DNA of 64,000 nucleotides from Sedimentisphaerales bacterium (GCA_963708075.1 OY970194.1:4160001-4224000), one strand, 5' to 3'. Counted from the stretch's first letter, positions 33,994-44,517 are shown. Numbers and translations: made by a program. Notes: a model not told the origin generated them from the letters alone.

Positions 33994-35428
33994 GAAGAAT
34001 ATCGAAGAGAGATTGCAGGAACTGGGCCGGGCCGTGGGCGGGAATGACTCGCTCACCAGGGCGGTAATGGCCCGCATCCGCACAGGGCAGATCGCTGCGT
34101 CAGACGAGGACTCCCAATCAAGGATTCAACTCGTTGTCAGGAGATTGATCATGAACAGAACCATGAAGTTCACTACTGCCGCGGCGTTGATCATTGTCGC
34201 GTTCGTTGGCGCAGTCAGCTTTCTGGACAGGTTCGGGGCCTCGGCTTACGCCGTGGAACAAACCATCGAGGCCCTGCACAACGTCCGATATATGCACATC
34301 GTCAAGTATGATAAAGCCGGAAACCTTGAAGATGAGCGATGGGAAGAGATCGATCCGAACGGCTATCAGGCCCGATATCGCCAGAACACGCCCTCCCATT
34401 TGTTCTACGTGGTGGACGACCGCAAGACCGTCATGGTCTACCACGCCGGCAAGGACAAAAACACGGCCATCCTCTACGATCCCAAGGAGCAGTCCTACAC
34501 ATGGCATTACGCCCCCGGCAAGATGTTCGATGAGATCGCCGAAGGCAAACCGGCCTATGCCGTCGTGGCTGAGAACGTCCAGTACAAAGGTCGGCCTGCA
34601 CACCATCTGCGAATGGTGGCCTTGGATTGGGACGTGTATATCGATCCAAAGAGCAAGCTGCCGATGGCCATCGGGGACTATGAAGTCAGCTACGAGGAGC
34701 CCCCTCAAGGCACGTTCGACATCGCGATTCCCGAAGGCGCCATCGTGGTGGACAAGCGACCCGGCGCGACACCGGGGCCGGAGCCGCTGTGGATGGTGCA
34801 GGAGCGGGAGAAGAAGGAAGCGGCCAAGATTGCCCAAGGCTATTTCGAGCAGGGCAGGCGGGCCCTGGCTGCGGGCCAGTACGCAGCCGCCGTGGACGCA
34901 CTGACGGAGTCGCTGGAGCTCTCGCCTGGACGCAATTGGGCCCAGTTCTGGCTGGGCAAGGCGCTTTATGAGTCCGGCCGCTATGATGAGGCTATCTATC
35001 GGCTTACGAGAGTGATCGAGATGACGAGTGAACACGGCTTGCAGATCCCCTCCTATTATTTGGCCAGAGCCGTGGCTTTCCAGGGCAAGGGAATGACCGA
35101 TATGGCACAGATCGACTTCGAGAAGGCTCTGCCAAAGATGATAGAGGCCTTGCGAAACTCTGAAGCAGCGGGGTCCTTCGACCTTGCCGACGATCCCCTG
35201 CGGTGTGCTGACGGCATGAGGGAAGACTGCCATGGAGCCCCGACGCCGGAGCAGAGCCTGGTCATGATGATCAACCGCTTGCGAATCCTCACCGGGCAGA
35301 ACTTCGGCTACGACCCCAGTGCCGGCGAGGAGGAAAAGGAACGGGCCATCTCCGCCTGGGAGCAGTGGTCCAAGGATTCAGGCCGGTTCAAGTTCACGCC
35401 GGATGCCAAGCTGATTCCTGTCCCATAG
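33983..35428 (+). CDS. Probable anti-sigma factor: TM helix, LolA-like region and TPR repeats
   Basis: ATG 33983 with AAGGAG RBS overlaps the sigma gene end; TM AAALIIVAFVGAVSFL; TPR-like YFEQGRRALAAGQYAAAVDALTESLELSP and AQFWLGKALYESGRYDEAI. Confidence 0.75.
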   Translation: MPPEKNIEERLQELGRAVGGNDSLTRAVMARIRTGQIAASDEDSQSRIQLVVRRLIMNRTMKFTTAAALIIVAFVGAVSFLDRFGASAYAVEQTIEALHNVRYMHIVKYDKAGNLEDERWEEIDPNGYQARYRQNTPSHLFYVVDDRKTVMVYHAGKDKNTAILYDPKEQSYTWHYAPGKMFDEIAEGKPAYAVVAENVQYKGRPAHHLRMVALDWDVYIDPKSKLPMAIGDYEVSYEEPPQGTFDIAIPEGAIVVDKRPGATPGPEPLWMVQEREKKEAAKIAQGYFEQGRRALAAGQYAAAVDALTESLELSPGRNWAQFWLGKALYESGRYDEAIYRLTRVIEMTSEHGLQIPSYYLARAVAFQGKGMTDMAQIDFEKALPKMIEALRNSEAAGSFDLADDPLRCADGMREDCHGAPTPEQSLVMMINRLRILTGQNFGYDPSAGEEEKERAISAWEQWSKDSGRFKFTPDAKLIPVP

Positions 35429-35488
35429 CCGCTTGCGACAACAGACAAGAGATGGTACGCACACTGACCGGTGTGCTACCCATGGCAC

Positions 35489-35515
35489 AAGGGCCGGACG
35501 ATAACTCCGGCCCTT
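35489..35515 (+). terminator. Stem-loop, probable terminator
   Basis: Perfect 10-bp stem AAGGGCCGGA-CGATAAC-TCCGGCCCTT downstream of the operon; weak U tract. Confidence 0.55.
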
Positions 35516-35805
35516 CTCATCTTTAATGCGACCAGGGGCATTTTCTTTCGCGAATTTGCTGTAACGTTTCTTCGCACTTAACGTCTATGTGTATAGAGAG
35601 AACTTAACGCTGCACACTTTCGCAGGGATGCAAGGGCTATCGCGGGTCGCTTCAGTCGTCCGCCGCGGCAAAATCATCGCGGAGGACCGGCTGCGGGGCA
35701 CTCTGTCGAACACCTTACCTCCTTTCACTGTTGGGCCGACTGGCGGAGGTCGGCCTTTGTTCTTGCGCATTGATTCCCCTGCCGCCAGCCTCTACAATGG
35801 TTCTC

Positions 35806-36519
35806 ATGCGAATCCCATTGACCAAGTATGGATTGCCCCAGGTGGTCATCTATCCGCTGACCTTCCTTGCGGCGATGATTGCGTATTTCATGATTGCCCT
35901 GCAGTACTTCCCCGATTGGGCCGTGCAGACTTCGTGGGTATTTCTGACCGTGTCGGCGGTCGAGCTGGTGTTTTTTGCATTGCTGGTGTGGTCCCTGAGC
36001 TTCTTTCGAGACCCTCAGCGGGAGATCCCCCGGGATGGTAACCTGCTTCTGGCCCCCGCCGACGGTACGGTAAGAGATATCGAGATCGTGGACGAGAAGG
36101 ACTTCATCGGCGGCCCGGCGCTGCGAATTGGCGTCTTTTTGAGCGTTTTCAACGTCCATATCAACCGTTGCCCCTGTGACGCGAAGGTCGAGAAGATCAC
36201 CTATCGTCGGGGCAGGTTCCTCAACGCGATGAATCCGTTGGCCGGCAAAGAGAACGAGTCGAATGACATTGCAGTGGTTCGGACGAAGCGGCCGAACGAC
36301 CACCTTCTTGTCCGCCAGATCAGCGGGGCGATCGCCCGGCGGATCGTCTGTGCCGCCCGGGTCGGACAGCCGCTTGCCGCCGGCGAGCCGTTTGGCATGA
36401 TCAAATTTGGCTCCCGCACCGAACTTTACGTTCCCGCCGGCGAATATATAGAATGTCTCGTGCGGATCGGGGACAAGGTCAAGGCGGGCATCACACCGAT
36501 GGTAAGGTATCGCGATTGA
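35806..36519 (+). CDS. psd: Phosphatidylserine decarboxylase proenzyme
   Basis: FFRDPQR, APADG, VFLSVFNVHINRCP, QISGAIARRI, GMIKFGSRTE (GS autocleavage motif). Confidence 0.95.
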   Translation: MRIPLTKYGLPQVVIYPLTFLAAMIAYFMIALQYFPDWAVQTSWVFLTVSAVELVFFALLVWSLSFFRDPQREIPRDGNLLLAPADGTVRDIEIVDEKDFIGGPALRIGVFLSVFNVHINRCPCDAKVEKITYRRGRFLNAMNPLAGKENESNDIAVVRTKRPNDHLLVRQISGAIARRIVCAARVGQPLAAGEPFGMIKFGSRTELYVPAGEYIECLVRIGDKVKAGITPMVRYRD

Positions 36520-36562
36520 CGATTTACCATTTGTGATTTACCATTTGTGAGTACGAGACGAC

Positions 36563-37516
36563 ATGCAAAAATCGGGCCAGGAGTTGGTAACAGGAATGAA
36601 CGGCAAACATCAGTTCGCGAATCATAAGCCGAAGGGCCGGCTGTTTCGGCGGGTCCGCCGGCAGCGCGTCAAGTATATCACGGTGTTGCCCTCGCTGATC
36701 ACCATCCTCAACGGCGTGTTCGGCTTCACCGCCATCATGTTCGCCAGCAAGAGCGGGGACGCAAGCACCGCCCGCGTCTCCCATTTTGCCGTCGCCGGGT
36801 ACATGGTCCTGCTGGCCATGTTCGCCGACATGCTCGACGGCAGACTCGCACGGATGAGCCAATCGACCTCCAGCTTCGGCGGCCAGTTGGACAGTCTCTG
36901 TGACCTGGTCAGCTTCGGCGTAGCACCGGCGTTCCTCATGCTCAAGCTCGTAGAGAGCGAGCTGGCGTTGACGGGCGAGCTGCACCACGACATCCTGTAT
37001 CGCTTCGTCTGGCTGGCGGCCCTGGTCTACATAAGCTGTGCGGCGATCCGCCTGGCCCGTTTCAACGTGGAAAACGACGAAAATGAGGCCGCTCATATGA
37101 GTTTTGCCGGCCTGCCCAGCCCGGCGGCGGCGGGCGTGGTCGTCAGCCTGGTCCTCTTCCACCAGGAGGAGTTGCCGGACATGAAGCTGCTGGTCTATGC
37201 CCTGCCCTTTTTCGCCCTCACCGCGGGCATCCTCATGGTCAGCCGAATTCGATACCCGCACGTCGTAAACGTGTATCTGCGAGGAAAGCAACGGTTCAAC
37301 TACCTCATCAGGGTGCTGTTATTCCTCGGCCTGGTCGTCTGCATGAAGCAGACCGCCTTGTTTCTGATCTTCACCACCTATGCGGGCGGCAGCCTCGTCA
37401 AATGGCTCTATTTCAAAGCCACCAGGCAGAAGAGCCGCCTTGCCCCGGTCACCGCAGATCTTGCCGCGGGTACTGCCGGCGCAAACCCGTCCTACGGTCC
37501 GCACAGCCCGGAGTGA
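36563..37516 (+). CDS. pssA: CDP-diacylglycerol--serine O-phosphatidyltransferase
   Basis: DMLDGRLARM...FGGQLDSLCDLVSFGVAPA, RLARFN, FAGLPSPAAA; follows psd. Confidence 0.95.
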   Translation: MQKSGQELVTGMNGKHQFANHKPKGRLFRRVRRQRVKYITVLPSLITILNGVFGFTAIMFASKSGDASTARVSHFAVAGYMVLLAMFADMLDGRLARMSQSTSSFGGQLDSLCDLVSFGVAPAFLMLKLVESELALTGELHHDILYRFVWLAALVYISCAAIRLARFNVENDENEAAHMSFAGLPSPAAAGVVVSLVLFHQEELPDMKLLVYALPFFALTAGILMVSRIRYPHVVNVYLRGKQRFNYLIRVLLFLGLVVCMKQTALFLIFTTYAGGSLVKWLYFKATRQKSRLAPVTADLAAGTAGANPSYGPHSPE

Positions 37517-37532
37517 AAATCCGCATCGGAGC

Positions 37533-37561
37533 TTGACAGCGCCGGAAGGGGCCGGTATAAT
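37533..37561 (+). promoter_or_regulatory. Perfect-consensus sigma70 promoter
   Basis: TTGACA (37533-38), 17-nt spacer, TATAAT (37556-61). Confidence 0.85.
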
Positions 37562-37679
37562 TAAGTTCATGGTGGAGCAAGGTTTGCGCCGCCATCAGAG
37601 ATGGCTCATGGTTGGCCCGGGCCCGGAGTGTTGCGCAGGTGACCCAGCGACTCGACTGCACCTTAGAGAAAAAGGGGAT

Positions 37680-37943
37680 ATGATGAAAAGCGTGACGGCT
37701 GTGGAAAATAGGAAAGGATGGCAGAAAGGGACAGGTTTACGCCTTTTCACAGTGGTGGCCTTGTGCCTGCTGGGGATGCTCCTGAGCGGCTGTTCCTGGC
37801 AGCATCCGGGCGAGACCGCCCAAGAGGTCAGTCGAAGACACGAGCGGTCACTGCAGTTGAACAATCAGATGATGCTTTCCGACATTGACAGGGTCCTGCT
37901 GCTGGACCGGCCCAGCCATCTCACCGACAAACGAATACCATAA
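37680..37943 (+). CDS. Small lipoprotein (87 aa), unknown function
   Basis: AAGGGG RBS; hydrophobic stretch ending in lipobox LLSGC. Confidence 0.7.
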   Translation: MMKSVTAVENRKGWQKGTGLRLFTVVALCLLGMLLSGCSWQHPGETAQEVSRRHERSLQLNNQMMLSDIDRVLLLDRPSHLTDKRIP

Positions 37944-37984
37944 GAGAATCCGGGGTCTCGAGGCCCACGGAAGGGTCAGCGCAG

Positions 37985-38812
37985 GTGGATGCACTATTTG
38001 ACTACTTTCATCGGGTCGCGGCAAATCCACCGTGGATAGTTGTCGTCGAGCTGCTTTCGATCGGGCTGGTGGTCTGGTGGGTCGTTGATTTCCTCGAAGG
38101 CACACGCGGCGAGCGACTGTTTCGCGGCGTCATCTTCCTCCTCGTGGCGGGCGTGCTCATCCTGAACCTGGTAGTCGAGCGGCTTCCTTTCGAGCGGCTT
38201 CAGTATCTCTACAAAGGCTTCCTCATTGCGGTCATGATCGTGGCGGTGGCCGCGTTTCAGCCGGAGATCCGCCGCGTCCTCATTCAGATCGGCCAGCCCC
38301 GCATCTGGATGGGCTCTTCCCATCAACTCTCCCGCACGGTCGAGGAGCTGATCTCCGCGGTGACGCAGCTTTCGGCCGCTCGCATCGGCGCCATCATCGT
38401 CCTGGAGAGGGAGGTCGCGCTTGGGGAGTTCATCGAAACAGGCTCCCGGCTCGATGCCCGCGTGACGGCCGACCTGCTCAAGAGCATCTTCTATCCGGGA
38501 ACCGCCCTGCACGACATGGCCGTGGTGATTCGCAATGACAGAATTGTCGCCGCACGCGTACAGTTGCCCTTGGCGGAAGCGGGCACCATCGATGGCGTCG
38601 CGTTGGGCTCACGCCATCGGGCGGCCCTCGGCATCACCGCCGGGTCCGATGCCCTGTGCCTGGTCGTCAGCGAGGAGACGGGGACGATCTCCGTGGCGCA
38701 CGAGGGCAAGCTCAATCGCAACGTCACCGAGTCGCAGATCCGGTCCTACCTGGCGACGACCATGGGGGAAAGCATGCCGCTGGTGGGCCGGCTGTGGAAA
38801 CGCCATGCGTGA
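37985..38812 (+). CDS. cdaA: Membrane-bound diadenylate cyclase (CdaA/DacA)
   Basis: Three N-terminal TMs, FQPEIRRVL, GAIIVLER, SIFYPGTALHD, GSRHRAALG, VVSEETGTIS. Confidence 0.93.
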   Translation: MDALFDYFHRVAANPPWIVVVELLSIGLVVWWVVDFLEGTRGERLFRGVIFLLVAGVLILNLVVERLPFERLQYLYKGFLIAVMIVAVAAFQPEIRRVLIQIGQPRIWMGSSHQLSRTVEELISAVTQLSAARIGAIIVLEREVALGEFIETGSRLDARVTADLLKSIFYPGTALHDMAVVIRNDRIVAARVQLPLAEAGTIDGVALGSRHRAALGITAGSDALCLVVSEETGTISVAHEGKLNRNVTESQIRSYLATTMGESMPLVGRLWKRHA

Positions 38813-38854
38813 TATGGAAGTGGAGTCTCGCGGAGCTCCGTGTGAAATTGTGAC

Positions 38855-39907
38855 ATGATAGACGCAAAACGCAAACTCGGAAAGATCTCAGTGACCGTGT
38901 TTCTCACCGCCCTGATCTGGGTGTGGGCGGACCTGGCGCAGGATGAGCGGTTGGAGCTGTCCAATTTCGTCACGATCACGATGGCCAAGTCCGGCGATCC
39001 GAACCTCTGGGTCGCCCTGGAGGGCGACAGCTCGACGCTGCGGGCATCCGTGACCATCGAGCGCGTCGTTCTCAAGGGCCCCGCCTCACGGGTCAGTGAA
39101 ATCGTGCGGCGCAAGAACCGCGAGAAGCTGGACCTCAACTTGTTCCTCGTGCCCGAGCAGATGGGCCTGACGGAGACGACCACGCGCACACTCGATCTCG
39201 ATGTGCTCAGTTTCCTCAAGCAGAGCGATGAGATCCGGCAACTGGGCCTGACGGTGGAGACCAGCGAGCCGAGGATGATCAGGGTTCAGCTCTCCCGGCT
39301 CAAGACCGAGCCGATGAAAGTGGAATGCATCGATGACATGGGCAATCCGCTCATCGCCGAGACCATCGAGCCGTCGCTTGTGAAGGTGCGCGTTCCACCC
39401 GAGGGGATGGCGGCCGCGAGGGTGCGACTGACGGCGGAGGAACAACGCCAGGCCCGGGAATCGCCGGTGGAGAAGACTCCCTACATCGAGCTGGCGGACG
39501 GCCAGCGGCGCGACGCGCTGCAACCGGTAAAGGTGAAACTGCCGCCGGCGGAGAATGCGCTGCGGCAATACGCCGTGTCGGCGACCATCGGCCTGTGCAT
39601 GAGCCAGAATATGCAGGACAAGTTCACGGTCGAATTGCGAGGGGATCCGATGGCGGATCTCGTACTCGTTCGGGCGACCGCCGCCGCTCACCAGGAGTAT
39701 GACAAGATGCCATTCCACATGCTCCTGTTCATCGAGGACTCGGACAAGCCCAGCCAGGAGTACTTGTCCCGCGAGGTCGTCTTCAATTTCCCGCACGACC
39801 ACGTGGAGCGCGGCGAGATCAAATTGGATCAACCGGTGCCGAAGGTCCAGTTCCGCTTAGTCCCCATCCCCGAGCCGGCGCCCGCCCCCACTCCCGCTGA
39901 AACATAG
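38855..39907 (+). CDS. CdaR/YbbR-like membrane-anchored regulator
   Basis: N-terminal TM (VFLTALIWVWA), VVLKGP and IEPSLVKV YbbR-like segments; directly follows cdaA. Confidence 0.65.
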   Translation: MIDAKRKLGKISVTVFLTALIWVWADLAQDERLELSNFVTITMAKSGDPNLWVALEGDSSTLRASVTIERVVLKGPASRVSEIVRRKNREKLDLNLFLVPEQMGLTETTTRTLDLDVLSFLKQSDEIRQLGLTVETSEPRMIRVQLSRLKTEPMKVECIDDMGNPLIAETIEPSLVKVRVPPEGMAAARVRLTAEEQRQARESPVEKTPYIELADGQRRDALQPVKVKLPPAENALRQYAVSATIGLCMSQNMQDKFTVELRGDPMADLVLVRATAAAHQEYDKMPFHMLLFIEDSDKPSQEYLSREVVFNFPHDHVERGEIKLDQPVPKVQFRLVPIPEPAPAPTPAET

Positions 39908-39921
39908 ACCCATCGTCACGG

Positions 39922-41616
39922 TTATGAGGCGACGTCCGCGGCGCGGCGGGCCGGGTAGGCAAGAAAGACCCTTGCTGCGGAGATAACCGAGACACTGCCG
40001 AGCACCAGCAGGACCAGGCCGCAGACGCCCGAGATGACCACCTCCGTCTTCATCTTTCCGCCGAACAGGTCCCCCAGCGACCTGATGAACGGCAGGACCT
40101 GCAGAATCAACGCGGCCATCGTTGTCACGAGCATGAAGAGCATTGGCACGATGGTATAGAAAGCCCGCTTGCCCGAGCCGATCAGCCAGGCGGACAGCGC
40201 CAGAAGCGTCAGGCTGGCCAGCATCTGGTTGCTCGTGCCGAAGATCGGCCAGGCGACCAGGTATGCCTTCTCCTTCGCCGCCAGAAGGAAGATCAGCGGG
40301 ATCGCCAGACTGATGGCCGTGGCCAGGCAGCCGCCCCAGAGCCCGCGCCAGCCGGTCAGCTCCTGCAAGATGTAACGGGCCAGCCTGGTGGAGACGTCGA
40401 GCGTGTCGTACACGAACGTGGAAAAGGCCAGCAGCGCGAACGGGAAGGCAACGTTGAAGCCGATTCCCAGCAGGCCGCAGTACTTGGCCAGGCCATTCGC
40501 ATAGATCAGATTCGGGTCCATTTTGAGCTCCTCCGAGCCCTGCTTGATCATCATGACGGTCGCCAGAGCCAGCACCGCCACGACGCCCTCCAGCAGCATC
40601 GCCCCGTAGCCGATCGGCTTGGCGTCGGACTCCTTGTTGAGCTGCCTGGAGGTCGTGCCCGAGGAGACAATCGCATGGAACCCCGAGCAGGCGCCGCACG
40701 CCACCGTGATGAACAGGAAGGGAAAGAGGAGCCTGCCATTCAGCGAACTCTTGAGGCCCGAGAGATTCACAGCCGGATACGCGATCTCGAATCCGCCGAG
40801 CAGGGCGCCCGCCAGGCCGATGAAGATCGTCAGGTACAGCAGCCATCCGCCGAGATAACCGCGCGGCTGCAACAACAGCCACATCGGAATGATCGACGCG
40901 ATGAAACAGTAGATCAGGAGGAAGACGTCCCATTGCTTGGCAGAGACGCCGCCGAAGAACTCCAGCACGGGCGCCGGCAGGCGCGGCCCGATCCATACCG
41001 CCAGCAGCACCAGCGGCAGAAAGATCACCGTGAGCAGCCACAGCTTGAGCTTCGAGTGCCGCAGCAGTACGCCCATGACAATCGCCAGGGACAGGTACAG
41101 GATCGAGGATGCCGCGACTCCCGGCCCGTAGGCCTCGCCTTGCGCGACGGCCTTGAAGGTCTGGCCGGTAATGTCGGTGAAGGCGATGATCACGTACACC
41201 AGCGCCAGCCAGATGAAGATCAGGAAGTAGATATACGTGTACCCGGGCAGGTACAGCCTGGCGATCTCACCCACCGACACGGCCTTGTGCCGCACGGAGG
41301 CAGTCAGCGTGGCGAAGTCGTGGACCCCGCCGATGAAGACCGCGCCGACCACGATCCACAGCCACGCGGGCAGCCAGCCGAACCAGATCGCCGCCAGTAC
41401 GGGCCCGACAATCGGCCCCGCGGCCGCAATGGCCGAGAAGTGCTGGCCCAGCAGCAGCGGCGCCTTGGCCGGCACGTAATCCAGGCCGTCATTGACCTCA
41501 TGGGCGGGCGTCCGGTAGTTGTCGCTGAGGCTCATCTGCTTTGCGACGAACCGGCCGTAGGTGAAGTACGCCAGAGTGAAGATCACGATCGTCGCCAATA
41601 CGATTATGCTAATCAT
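39922..41616 (-). CDS. cstA: Carbon starvation CstA-family transporter
   Basis: TPAHEVNDGLDYVP, GQHFSAIAAAGPIVGP, WLLLQPRGYL, ACGACSGFHA, WPIFGTSNQM. Confidence 0.95.
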   Translation of the reverse strand: MISIIVLATIVIFTLAYFTYGRFVAKQMSLSDNYRTPAHEVNDGLDYVPAKAPLLLGQHFSAIAAAGPIVGPVLAAIWFGWLPAWLWIVVGAVFIGGVHDFATLTASVRHKAVSVGEIARLYLPGYTYIYFLIFIWLALVYVIIAFTDITGQTFKAVAQGEAYGPGVAASSILYLSLAIVMGVLLRHSKLKLWLLTVIFLPLVLLAVWIGPRLPAPVLEFFGGVSAKQWDVFLLIYCFIASIIPMWLLLQPRGYLGGWLLYLTIFIGLAGALLGGFEIAYPAVNLSGLKSSLNGRLLFPFLFITVACGACSGFHAIVSSGTTSRQLNKESDAKPIGYGAMLLEGVVAVLALATVMMIKQGSEELKMDPNLIYANGLAKYCGLLGIGFNVAFPFALLAFSTFVYDTLDVSTRLARYILQELTGWRGLWGGCLATAISLAIPLIFLLAAKEKAYLVAWPIFGTSNQMLASLTLLALSAWLIGSGKRAFYTIVPMLFMLVTTMAALILQVLPFIRSLGDLFGGKMKTEVVISGVCGLVLLVLGSVSVISAARVFLAYPARRAADVAS

Positions 41617-41848
41617 ATAGCCTCCCGGCTTCGACCCTAAAGACCACGGCTGTCATGCCTATCAGTCTATCAGACCGGGAGCAGCTTACGCAAGCCGGTC
41701 GGGCAAATCATCACATCCCGTGAGATGCTACTGCCCATCACGCAGGCCTGCCGGGTGTGCGGCCTTCAGGATGCCCTCAAGCACAGTCTCAGGACTTCCT
41801 GACTGTGGACAAGGGAGACGCCGCCGCCAGGGCCGCCCGCGACCGAAT

Positions 41849-42766
41849 TCAGCTTGAGGGCGATGTGGTCCGCGCCTTTGGGCTGATATCGTGGGACTGC
41901 CTCGTCAGCGGCAGAATGCCCGCCATCTCTCCGATCACGTTCACGAGCTCCGTGCCGGACGGAATGACGATCTTGGCGTTCTCGCTCAGGGACTTTTCCA
42001 GAGCCTCGAGTTTTCGGAGCAGTTGCGCGTTCCCGACGAAGTACGTGTTTGCGGCCTCGTTGACCAGCCGGATCGCCTCGGCCTCGCCCTCGGCGGCGAG
42101 GATCTTGGCCTGCTTGATTCCTTCGGCCTTCTTGATCTCCGCCCTCTTCTCACCGTCCGCCTGCCGCTCCATCGCATTGGCGAAATCCAGGGCGGCAACC
42201 TTCTCGTTCTCCGCCTTGACGACCTTGTTCATCGTCTCCTGAACATCCTTTGGCGGGTCGATCTCTTTCAATTCTGTCCGCACGATCTCCATACCCCAGT
42301 TCTTGGTCTCCCGGCTCAGGGTCTCCAGCAGCGCAGTGTTGATCTTGTCCCGCTCGCTGTTCGCCGACTTCAGCGTGAGAGTGCCGATGATATTGCGCAG
42401 CGTCGTACGGGCGAGGTTGACGATCTGATACTGGTAGTTGTTGACATTGTACTGCGAGCTTTTGACGCTCTCTTCGTCGCTCTTGACCTTGAAGTAGACT
42501 TGGGCATCCACCCTCGCATTGAGGTTATCATTTGTGATGATCTCCTGCGGCTGGGCGTCCACCATCTGCTCCGTCGTATTGATCTGAATCATTCGATCGA
42601 CCCCGGGAATGATCCAGTGAAATCCCGGCTGGGCGAACCGATGGTACCTGCCGAACCGCTCGATCAGGCCCCGGTGCGTCGGACGAATGATCCGCACGCC
42701 CGAGAACGCGAAGAGGAACACAAAAGCCACAACGACGGACACCACGATCGGACCGATTGGACTCAT
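41849..42766 (-). CDS. SPFH/band 7 (stomatin-like) protein
   Basis: N-terminal TM, GLIERFGRY, QEIITNDN, TTLRNIIG, EIDPPKDV; GGGAG RBS. Confidence 0.92.
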   Translation of the reverse strand: MSPIGPIVVSVVVAFVFLFAFSGVRIIRPTHRGLIERFGRYHRFAQPGFHWIIPGVDRMIQINTTEQMVDAQPQEIITNDNLNARVDAQVYFKVKSDEESVKSSQYNVNNYQYQIVNLARTTLRNIIGTLTLKSANSERDKINTALLETLSRETKNWGMEIVRTELKEIDPPKDVQETMNKVVKAENEKVAALDFANAMERQADGEKRAEIKKAEGIKQAKILAAEGEAEAIRLVNEAANTYFVGNAQLLRKLEALEKSLSENAKIVIPSGTELVNVIGEMAGILPLTRQSHDISPKARTTSPSS

Positions 42767-42898
42767 AAGACTCCCTTTCACTCAGATCAGCCAAGCTCTC
42801 TTATCTTGCCGTGATGCCTTGCACAAAGCACAAGAGAACAAAGAGCAAGTCATCAAGAGGCGATTGTCCTGACACCTCTCTGTGGATGGCGGCACATG

Positions 42899-44236
42899 TT
42901 ATTTCTTCGGCTGGTCGCGGGAGGTTTTGGGGCGGGCCAGGAGACGGATGGGGACCTCGGCGATGGGCAGCAGATCCCGCAGGCGGCCGGTGACGAAGCG
43001 GCGGTAGTTCTCGTCGAACACCCCCGGGTCGTTCACGAACATCAGGAACGTCACCGGGTTGACGGCGATCTGCGTCACGTAGTAGATCCGCGGCCACCGC
43101 ATGCCTCGCTTCTGGGGGGTCGCCCGCTCGTTCCGGATGGCCTCGAACGCCTTGTTCAACCGGCCCGTGGTGATCCAGGTCGTCGCCTGCTTGTACAGCT
43201 CGGCCGACAGGTCCAGCACGCTCTGGACGTTCTTGCCCTCCGTGGCCGTCGTGAAGGCGATCGGCGCGTACCGGAGCATGGGCATGGTCTTCGTCAGGTA
43301 CTCCCCGTAATCGCTCGTGGCGGCCCGGCTCTTGGCCAGGTCCCACTTGTTGACCACGAGGATGCACGCCTTGAACTCCTCGGCGACCAGGTGCGCCAGC
43401 TTCTTATCGACCTCGGAGACCGGGGCCGTCGCGTCGATCAGGAGCCAGACCACGTCGGCCCTGCTGATGGACCGGATGGACCGGATGTAGCCGTAGAACT
43501 CGATGCTGTTGGCCATCTTTCCGCGTTTGCGGATGCCGGCGGTGTCGATGACGATGAGGGTCTTGCCGTCCTTCTCGATCCGCACGTCGATCGCGTCGCG
43601 CGTGGTGCCCGGGACCTCGCTGACGATCACCCGCTCGCTGCCGGCGATGGCGTTGACCATGCTGCTCTTGCCCGCGTTGCGTTTGCCGACAATGGCGATC
43701 TTCATGGCCGGCTCCGGCGGAGCCCCCATCTCCTCGACGCCTTCGAGCCGCTTGAAAATCTCGTCGAGCAGTTCCGTCTTGTTCACGTTGTTCTGCGCCG
43801 AGACACAGAGGAACTCGCCGAACCCGAGCCGGACGAATTCCCCGGCGGCGGGGAACATCCTGGCCGTATCGGCCTTGTTCGCCACGCCGATCACGTCGAG
43901 GTTGTGCTTGCGGAGCATCTCGGCGATCCGCTGGTCGAGCGGCGTCAGACCATCGCGGATATCGACCACGAAGAGCACCAGGTCGGCCAGCGCGATGGCC
44001 TGCATGATCTGCCTCTCGATGTGGTCGCTGAGCTGGTCGGCGTCGACGATGCCGTAGCCGCCCGTGTCGATGAGCTCGAAGTACCGGCTATCCCGGCCGA
44101 TGAACGTGCTGACGCGGTCCCGCGTAACGCCGGCCGTCGGCTCGACGATGCTGATCATCTCCCCGGCCAGTGCGTTCAACAGGCTGCTCTTGCCCACGTT
44201 GGGCCGACCAATGATCGTAACTACAGGCAATCCCAT
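42899..44236 (-). CDS. der: Ribosome biogenesis GTPase Der (EngA)
   Basis: Tandem G domains GRPNVGKS/DTGG/NKAD and GKRNAGKS/DTAG/NKWD, plus a KH-like C-terminus. Confidence 0.97.
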   Translation of the reverse strand: MGLPVVTIIGRPNVGKSSLLNALAGEMISIVEPTAGVTRDRVSTFIGRDSRYFELIDTGGYGIVDADQLSDHIERQIMQAIALADLVLFVVDIRDGLTPLDQRIAEMLRKHNLDVIGVANKADTARMFPAAGEFVRLGFGEFLCVSAQNNVNKTELLDEIFKRLEGVEEMGAPPEPAMKIAIVGKRNAGKSSMVNAIAGSERVIVSEVPGTTRDAIDVRIEKDGKTLIVIDTAGIRKRGKMANSIEFYGYIRSIRSISRADVVWLLIDATAPVSEVDKKLAHLVAEEFKACILVVNKWDLAKSRAATSDYGEYLTKTMPMLRYAPIAFTTATEGKNVQSVLDLSAELYKQATTWITTGRLNKAFEAIRNERATPQKRGMRWPRIYYVTQIAVNPVTFLMFVNDPGVFDENYRRFVTGRLRDLLPIAEVPIRLLARPKTSRDQPKK

Positions 44237-44517
44237 CTTCGTCGATCCTATCTATCCTATGTTTTGCGCGATCCGCCGGAGAATGCGGCCAAGCAGGCGC
44301 ATTGTACTACAATCGAGGCGAATCGCAAAGCTTCACTTCGCCCGGCGATGTTGTGCCACTTGAATGATCCCCGAGTTCCGCATAGAGTAGAGGGACGGTT
44401 CCGTCGGGAATGAACGGGAATGGGCATTGAATCGTATAAAATGAAAGTCAGTAGCGCAGTCGGGTGTGAGATTTCGGCCCCGGCGGCGGATGTTGTCAAT
44501 CTGCAGAGGGGTTTCCC

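Noticed and set aside
24746..44413. Antisense ORFs 24746..26833, 28286..30004, 31855..33063, 34118..35233 and 42896..44413
   Set aside because: Each overlaps a well-supported gene on the opposite strand and has no recognisable motifs.
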